A stretch of 64,000 nt of DNA, taken from positions 2,542,001 to 2,606,000 of the forward strand of contig JBHGNT010000015.1 in assembly GCA_043228905.1 (NCBI GenBank), read 5' to 3'. The position numbers and the translations under genes are program-made. A model generated the notes under the pieces. It worked only from the letters and a program-made list of their open reading frames with translations. It was not told the origin of the DNA and did no database searches. The first letter of the stretch is position 1. Every line of letters starts with the position of its first letter. Origin of the DNA: Azolla caroliniana. Taxonomy: Eukaryota; Plantae; Polypodiophyta. Positions 56,854-64,000 of the stretch are shown here, in pieces.

Positions 56854-58499
56854 TTGTGTCCATGACATTATCCTCCCTCTAAGGTTGCCCAATAAGACCA
56901 AGAGGTCATGGGTTCAACCCCCTACATTCCATCGTGTCCATGACATTATCCTCCCTCTAAGGCCGCCTCCCAAGACCCGCGGCTAGCTTGTGTGGGTATC
57001 ATTGATGAAAATCGTGAATGGCCTCTGGAATACGCATTTTGTAAATGTGTAATTGGTTCCCATGAGGCATCCGAAATGGGGTAACCTTTTCATATGACCA
57101 AATATTGGAGTTGTCGACAACGATAGCGGGAGTCGAGGATTTATTCAACCTCATAGTCTTCCCCCGTCGACAATTCCACAGGTGGTAGTGGAGGAGGTTG
57201 TCGTCTCGGAATTCGAGAAGGATGGTAGAGTTCGAGGAGGGAAATGTGAAAAACATCATGAATCTTGAATGTTGGAGGAAGTGCTAACTGGAAGGCGATT
57301 GGGTTGATCCGCTCAATGATACGGAAGGGGCCTAGTCTTTTGTAGTCCAAATTTGCACAAGGACGTGTGGTGGCGATGTGGCGACGTAACGGCCAAACCA
57401 TGTCCCCGAATGCAAACGTCGGTGTAGCCAAGTGATGTTAGTCTACCTGATCTTTATACTGGTCGCCAGTGACACGGAGCTCCAAGGAGAGGTCACGATG
57501 GACATCGTGTAAAGTGCAGGCACGCATCTCTGCTGAAGGATTTACCGAAATTGCAGGTATGGAAATGCTGAAACGAGGGTGAAATCCATAGTTTGCAAAG
57601 AAGGGGGAAACCTTAATTGAAGCATGGATACTATTATTGTAGGCAAATTCTTCCATTGCAAGGAAGTCCACTCAATCCTCTTGTTGGTAGCTCACGGTAC
57701 ACCGGAGGTATTGTTCGAGGATTTGGTTGACTCGTTCAGTTTGTCCATTAGTTTAAGGATGGTATGGTGATGACAAGTTTACAAAAGTTTCGAATGTCTG
57801 CAGAAGTCATCTTCAAAAGTGGGAAATGAATTGAGAACCTTGATCAGAGATGATATCCTCAAGTAAACCGTGTAATCGGACAACAATTTTAAGAAAAAGG
57901 TTAGTTGTCTCTTCTCAGGAAATGGTTTTGGAGCATGGGACAAAGTGAGCCATCTTCGAAAACCGATCAACAATTACTAGCACCGTGTCATGGCCACCGA
58001 CCAGAGGGAGGTCGTTTATAATGTCCATGGATAGAGAGGCCCATGGTCGACTTGGAATTGGGAGCGGGTGGAGAAGACCGTATGGCCAAAGGTGAGCCAT
58101 TTTGGACTGAGCAAACACATCACATGTCTTGATAAATTCCTTGACAAATTTTCAAGGTTGGGGCCACCAAAACCCCCGAGATAGCAACTCCAGGGTTTTC
58201 GTGACCCCAAAGTGGCCAACAAGAGGATCATCATGACAATTTTGTAGTACCCGTGTATGATACGATCCTTCAGGAAGGTACATGAGATGATTACGATATA
58301 GTAACCTAGCTCGGGTTGTAAATTGGTTGATATATGAACTTTTCATGTCTGGGGATGGGTCATTGATGCAGGCCATGATGTCTTTGGCGAATGGGTCTGA
58401 CATGGTTGCCGTGGCGATCTCGTTGAGCAAAGAATCATCATACAACATGCAGGTGGTGAACATCTGAAGTTGATCGGGCCTCAACAAACAATGCGATTT

Positions 58500-60716
58500 G
58501 ACTACCCCATCATCGGTCTAGGATGGGTTTGTTTGTGGTACCGTTTCTAACACACTCCATGTTATTCCCGAAAAATACCAGCACTTCTCCGACGTATTTG
58601 AAAAATGTAATGCTGATCGTTTGCCTGAACACCGGCTCTACGACTGTCCGATTGATCTTCAAGAAGGTGTGTCCACCCTTTGGTCCTCTATATGCGTTGT
58701 CTACACCAGAGTTGAAGGCCCTTCGTGTGTATCTCGATGAGAACCTCGAGAAAGGATTTATTCAACCTTCTAAGTCACCAGCCGAGGCCCCCATTTTATT
58801 TGTGAAGAAGAAGGACGGCACTCTACGCTTATGCGTCGACTATCGAGGTCTCAACAAACTCACTGTGCGCAACCGCTATTCGCTACCTCTGATCCTCGAA
58901 CTCCTTGATCGGCTCTGAGTTGTGCATGTCTTCACAAAGTTGATCTGCGTGGAGCATACAATCTAGTATGCATCAAGCCAAGGGATGAATGGAAAACCGC
59001 ATTTCGAACACGGTATGGGCATTTCGAATACAAGGTAATGCCTTTTGGTCTTACTAACGCTCCAACAGTTTTTCAACATATGATGAACAATATATTTCAG
59101 GAATATCTTGATCATTTTGTTGTCATTTTACCTCGATGATATTCTCATTTTCTCATCAAACATGGAGGAGCACACTCGCAAAGTCCAATTAGTTCTTGCC
59201 AAACTTCGCGAGCATGGCCTTTATGCCAAAGGCGAGAAATGTGAGATCGACCATACCTTGATCGAATTTCTGGGCTACATCATCTCGCCCACTAGCATCA
59301 CCATGGATATGAAGAAGGTCTCTGTCATTCAGGCGTGGGCAACTCCAAGGCGACTTAAAGATGTGCAATCCTTCCTCGGCTTCGCGAATTTTTACCGTTG
59401 CTTCATCAAGGGGTTTTCCACCCTAGCACAACCTCTTATCACTCTCACCCGTAAACGCACTCCATCTTTATGGACCTCGGAGGCGCAAAATGCGTTCGAC
59501 TCACTCAAACACGCATTCATCACTGCCCCAGTGCTGCTACATGCCGACCCCACAAAACCCTTCCAAGTCGAAACCAATGCCTCTGACTTCGCCATTGGCG
59601 CCATCTTATCCCAGGCAGACGATACCAACCTAATGCGCCTAGTGGCTTACTACTCCCGGAAATTCACGGCATCCGAAATCAATTATCCCATATACGACAA
59701 GGAGCTTGTTGTTATCATTGCTGCCTTTGAAGAATGGCGACCCTACTTGGCCGGTGCACAACATTGTGTCTAGGTAGTGATTGATCATAAAAATTTAGTT
59801 TATTTTTCCACAACTCGTACTTTGAATCAAAGGCAGACCCATTGGTCAACATTTCTCGCCGACTACGATTTTGAGATCGTATTTCAACCTAGTGACCAAC
59901 ATGGGAAGGCCGATGCCCTTTCTCGCCAAGCTGACCTTGCACTCTGCCCTAGGGATGCTGCTTATGCTCAACAATCTAGACGTTTGTTGAAACCTGACCA
60001 ATTGCATCTTTTTGCCACTTGTATGTTGCAGGATGATTCATTACTCCAACAGATCACCGATGCATCCAAGACCGATGCGTTTGCCAACGAGATTCGAGAT
60101 AGTCTGCAAAACCCCTCCAAGGCGACCAAAAGGAAGGATCTTGACACCTTCACCATACAAGAGGGTTTGCAATTCCGAGAACATCTCCTATACGTCCTAG
60201 AGGGCCCATGTCGCACCCAGGTGTTGCGGGAATGCCCCGATGACCCACTTGCAGGTCATTTCGGGGTCGTGAAAAACCTAGAGCTAATCTCTCGGGCGTA
60301 TTGGTGGCCACAACCATGGAAGTTGGTCAAAGAATACATAAAGAGTTGTGAGGTTTGTGCTCGCTCCAAAACCATTTATCATTGGCCATACGACTTACTA
60401 CATCCGCTTCCATGTCCTCGTCGACCCTGGGCCTCTATCTCTATGGACCTGATAACTGATCTACCCTTGGTCAATAGCTATGACTCGGTGTTGGACATTG
60501 TCGATCGGTTTACGAAGATGGCTCACTTCACTCCATGGTCCAAAACCATTTCCGGAGAAGAAATGGTGCATCTACTACTCAACAATGTGGTACGCTTGCA
60601 TGGAATCCCCGATGATGTCATCTCCGATCGCGGACCCCAGTTTGTCTCTCACTTCTGGTAGCGCTTGCTACAAACTTTAGGCATCTCTGTCAAGTTGTCA
60701 TCCGATTATCACCCCC
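58500..60716 (+). mobile_element. Decayed Tcn1-like pol fragment (RT, RNase H, integrase N-terminus)
   Basis: [51 protein letters not shown]; stops and frameshifts. Confidence 0.88.
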
Positions 60717-61344
60717 ACGTTGGCGCCTGTTACTACGTAAGGCCTGAACTACCTCCTCGCAAACTTCCGCGTGGCCCTGTGCTGATTGTCGAGGCTGCTG
60801 TTGTAGACTAGCAACTAGTCGCCGTCCTCGATCTTCCTTGGCCTGGACCGGTGTGTTCGGTCGATCCGGGCTTTGTTCCTTATCCTCGCTACTCGAAGTT
60901 TCTCCGTGGCTCGCTCTACGTCCTTCGGCCTCCGCTCGAGCTGTCGAATCCGCACCGCCAACAGTTCCTCCCGGCTCATCTCATCCGTCCAGTCCACCGT
61001 GGCCCACGAGGAGATCGTTCGCTCTGTTGGCATGATCGGCTTCTGTCCGAACATCAGCTCGGCCGGCATGAACCCGGTTACCGAATTGTGCGTAGTCCGG
61101 TCCACCCACAAGGCATAAGGTAGCAGTCGTGGCCAGTCCCCGACTCGGCCTTCGCACACCCGTACTAGCGCTTTGACAATTGGCCCGTGTCCGCGCTCCA
61201 CCTTCCCGTTCGCCTCCGGATTGTACGTTGTGGTGAGCGAAAGTTTGACTCCTAGCCGGTCGAACAACTCTTCGGCCTCTTCTGCGTTCAGCTCACCACG
61301 GTCAGCCACGATCTTCCCTACGCACCCGTATCGGCATACTACGT

Positions 61345-62453
61345 TGTCGTGAAGATCCGTCACTACGCCGGATCGTGAGGCGGAACCGCCGGGGTTCTGG
61401 ACCGGAAGGATTCAAAGTCGGTACAAGCTTTGGCGAGAAAGTACTTAAGATAGATTGGGAAAGAGTGAAGTTGAGATTAAACGATTGAGAAAGATTGATT
61501 GAACTTTTATCTTTGGATTTAAGAAACAAGTTACACCATCAATTTGATAACGAATTTCTTCTTCTTAATTTCATAATAAAAAAAACCGTGTTTTTTCTCC
61601 TCCCCCTTCCTTCTTTTATAGATGCTCTCATGCATATGATGCATGTGAGGGTACAAGACATGCATAAATTGCATGTTTGCCATTTGGCGCTTATGTATTA
61701 CATGTGGTGCATGATAACCATGTCACTCATTTTAGCTCTCATGTATGAGAATTTACATGTAAAAGTACAATGATAGAAATATAAATTCAACTAAATGGCA
61801 TGGCTTAATGGTAAGCCAATTGACTCCTAACTTGGAGGTGCAAGGTTCGAATCCTTACTTGCCCTCCTTGTATATGTATATATATTTATATATTTATTTA
61901 TCTAGTCGCCGGATGCCGGTTCGTCGGATGTTATCGGTTATCGGTGCCTCGCCGGATACCGATGCCGTCGCCGGATGCCATCGGTTACCGGTGCCCCGTT
62001 GGATGCCATCGTCTCACCGGCGCCGGATATCGGTTTGCCGCCGGATCACTGGCTCCATCGCCGGTCTGGTTTTGGTTGGCCAAAACCCTTTACGAGTAGC
62101 TAGCCCACCTCCACTCTTAGGTCAAGTTACCTTGAACTCTCTATGCTCCACACATAGACACAAAGATAATATCTTTTGCTCTACCTTATATATGATGAGA
62201 GCCGTATTTGTCGTGCCTATGTGGGATATCTCACAATTTTCTCTTTTCCTTTCACAAACTTTATACCCTCATATCTTAACATTTAGTTGTCCGTTTCTCG
62301 TGTAATAAAGTGCATTCGAAACCTCCATCATTTTGTACTTAGATATTAAATTTATTTAAAATGTTATCTTCACAATTATTGTATTATGTGATTCATACTC
62401 GATTTCGTATGTTTTATGGGATTTTCACACTATTGCCGAAAATCTTCACGACA
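61345..62453 (-). mobile_element. Solo LTR, family D, with 4-bp TSD ACGT
   Basis: TGTCGTGAAGAT / ATCTTCACGACA termini; TSD ACGT (61341-61344, 62454-62457); removing it restores the integrase frame. Confidence 0.88.
61794..61864 (+). promoter_or_regulatory. tRNA-like Pol III promoter module in solo LTR D2
   Basis: A box TGGCTTAATGG with D-stem GGCTT/AAGCC, consensus B box GGTTCGAATCC at 61844-61854, T-stem AAGG/CCTT, partial acceptor GGCA/TGCC. Confidence 0.8.
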
Positions 62454-63189
62454 ACGTCCTCAATCAAAAACCGGCATACAGCTGTCGTCGTCTTGTTCTG
62501 CAGGGCTCGGCCTTCAACCTGGTTCGTTAGATCTTCCCGAGCCAACACCAGATACCGCATCTGTCCTATCCCCATCGGCATCGTCACCAAATCCACCATC
62601 CACTTGAAGTGGACAGTCAAAGGGTAGGTCGGGTGAAGCTCGTCCCGATGTCGGATCATGGAGTGCACCTGGTAGCTTTCGCAAGTCGTCACGAACCGAT
62701 GCACGTCCCGATATAGTCCCGGCCACCAGTACTTCCCCTTTAGCTTTTCAAACGTGGTCCACGTTCCACGGTGTCCAGCCCACGGGCTTTCGTGGTACGC
62801 CGCCAGCAAATCCTCTTGTTCCTCCTTCTTCGCCACCACTCGGAGTGGGATGTTGTCCCTCTTCTTCGGGTGCTTCCATATGTACCCGTCCCAGAGAAAG
62901 AATCGATACACTTTCTTTCGGATCTGGTTGGCCTCATCCTTTGTCCATGCCGCGTCCGGTGTCATTGTTTTCAGGAACCCTCCGATCTGTAGCCACTCCC
63001 CGTTGTACTTGCTCTCGTCGAAATCGTTAAGCGTCGGAGTGCATTCCCTGCCGGTTGTTACGTAGGCCGCCTCGAAGAAGTTCACGCCGACTTCCTCGTC
63101 CTCCGAAACCATGCCGCCCTCGTTTTCGAACCTCGCCCTTGAAAGCATGTCGGCCATGGTATTGTCTTTCCCGGAAATGTGTCGTACTT

Positions 63190-63289
63190 NNNNNNNNNNN
63201 NNNNNNNNNNNNNNNNNNNNNNNNNNNNNNNNNNNNNNNNNNNNNNNNNNNNNNNNNNNNNNNNNNNNNNNNNNNNNNNNNNNNNNNNN
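63190..63289. other. Assembly gap (100 N)
   Basis: Run of N. Confidence 0.99.
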
Positions 63290-63290
63290 A

Positions 63291-63582
63291 AAGAGGGAGC
63301 AGCCGTGAGAGAGAGAGAGAGAGATAGAGCGCGAGAGTGGAAGAGGTAGACGCCTCTGTGTATTTCCGCCGCCTGTGGCGAGGACAGCGAGCTCAAGGTC
63401 GTCGCCTTGGAGCTCGTCATTGTATACTTCTCTGTATAGCGTTGTTTGGAGTCTTGTACTCCCGTGGTTTTTTCCCGTCTGGGTTTTCCACGTCAATCCC
63501 TGTGTACTCGCGTTTCTTTTGTTTCTCGTGTGGTTCCTATTCTCTGCTCCATTGATCCGCGATTACTCGGTTGTGGCCGAGC
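63291..63582 (+). repeat. Copia LTR R/U5 fragment related to LTR 746-1407
   Basis: GACGCCTCTGTGTATT.CCGCCGCCTGTGGCGA.GACAG.GAGCTCAAGGT...CTCCCGTGGTTTTTTCCC...CTCGGTTGTGGCCGAGC shared with the reverse complement of 746-1060. Confidence 0.85.
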
Positions 63583-64000
63583 AAAGAAGGTGAATCGAAG
63601 CGTTGATTCCCGTCACATCCATATCATTTCCTTGCCGGCTTCAACAGCCGCCATGTACTCCGCCTCCGTGGTTGACAACGCAACCGTCTTCTGCAGCCTC
63701 GACTGCCACGAAACGGCTCCCCCTGCATACGTCATCACATACCCTGATGTACCGAATCGGTGAAGCCGTCGAGTTCGGGCTTACCGGAGCCGAATCGGAG
63801 GCACACGTTTGCCGTGCCCTTCAGGTATCGGAGTATCCACTTGGCCGCGTTCCAGTGCTCTTTGCCGGGATTGCTCATGTACCGGCTCACCACTCCGACT
63901 GCATATCCGATGTCCGGTCTCGTACACACCATGGCGTACATCAAGCTCCCGACGGCTGAGGCATACGGCACTTTCATCATATCCTCCTTTTCGGCCTTTG
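63583..64000 (-). mobile_element. Ty1/copia RT/RNase H fragment
   Basis: VPYASAVGSLMYAMVCTRPDI...HWNAAKWILRYLKGT...GFTDS and AVSWQSRLQKTVALSTTEAEY. Confidence 0.9.

Larger units (their letters stand above)
52901..58500 (-). mobile_element. Decayed Tcn1-like chromovirus 3' half, element C (integrase, chromodomain, PPT, split 3' LTR)
   Basis: Integrase GHFGVTKTLELL, SLSMDI, LDYKRLGPFRI; PPT TAGAGGGAGGATAA then TGTCATGG at 56945; LTR continues at ~53310-52901 (TCTAGA-rich tract, TATAAATA, end CTGACA). Confidence 0.75.
60717..63189 (-). mobile_element. Ty3/gypsy pol fragment (RNase H end and integrase) of a lineage unlike the Tcn1-like elements
   Basis: HISGKDNTMADMLSR, HESPWAGHRG, WMVDLV, IEDV|VCRYG...ADRGE, YNPEANGKVERGH; split by solo LTR 61345-62453. 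Confidence 0.88.

Noticed and set aside
60712-60733. tRNA-Lys-like PBS (minus strand AACAGGCGCCAACGTGGGG)
   Set aside because: It lies in the integrase frame (PYVVTGAN) at a rearrangement junction, with no LTR upstream
61794-61864. Functional tRNA gene (and the similar modules in other LTRs)
   Set aside because: No proper anticodon stem-loop or full 7-bp acceptor stem, so they are reported as promoter-like modules rather than tRNAs
62414-63496. 360-aa ORF in the track
   Set aside because: Chimeric reading across the N gap that joins copia LTR sequence to a gypsy integrase

Overview
This is a repeat-dense region of a land-plant nuclear genome, probably a non-seed plant (inferred from Tcn1-type chromoviruses, a Penelope-like RT and plastid-derived fragments). 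The only clear host gene is a double-trihelix (GT-2/PTL-like) transcription factor at 44429-45784. The rest is nested transposable elements: a very young full-length Ty3/gypsy chromovirus (7444-13224, apparently identical LTRs, TSD GTAAC), several decayed chromoviruses, Ty1/copia pieces, L1 LINEs, a Penelope-like RT with no C-terminal endonuclease, an intact hAT transposon carrying a captured gene fragment, MITEs, solo LTRs, plastid DNA insertions and an array of long palindromes. The most notable pattern is that five different LTR families each carry a tRNA-shaped RNA polymerase III promoter module (A box and B box at tRNA spacing, D-arm and T-arm remnants, divergent anticodon arm) in U3, antisense to the element. 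The chromoviruses also show self-priming complementarity, a conserved GTTAAAC -1 frameshift site with a hairpin, and heat-shock-element arrays. All calls were made by eye without database searches, and boundaries of decayed elements are approximate.
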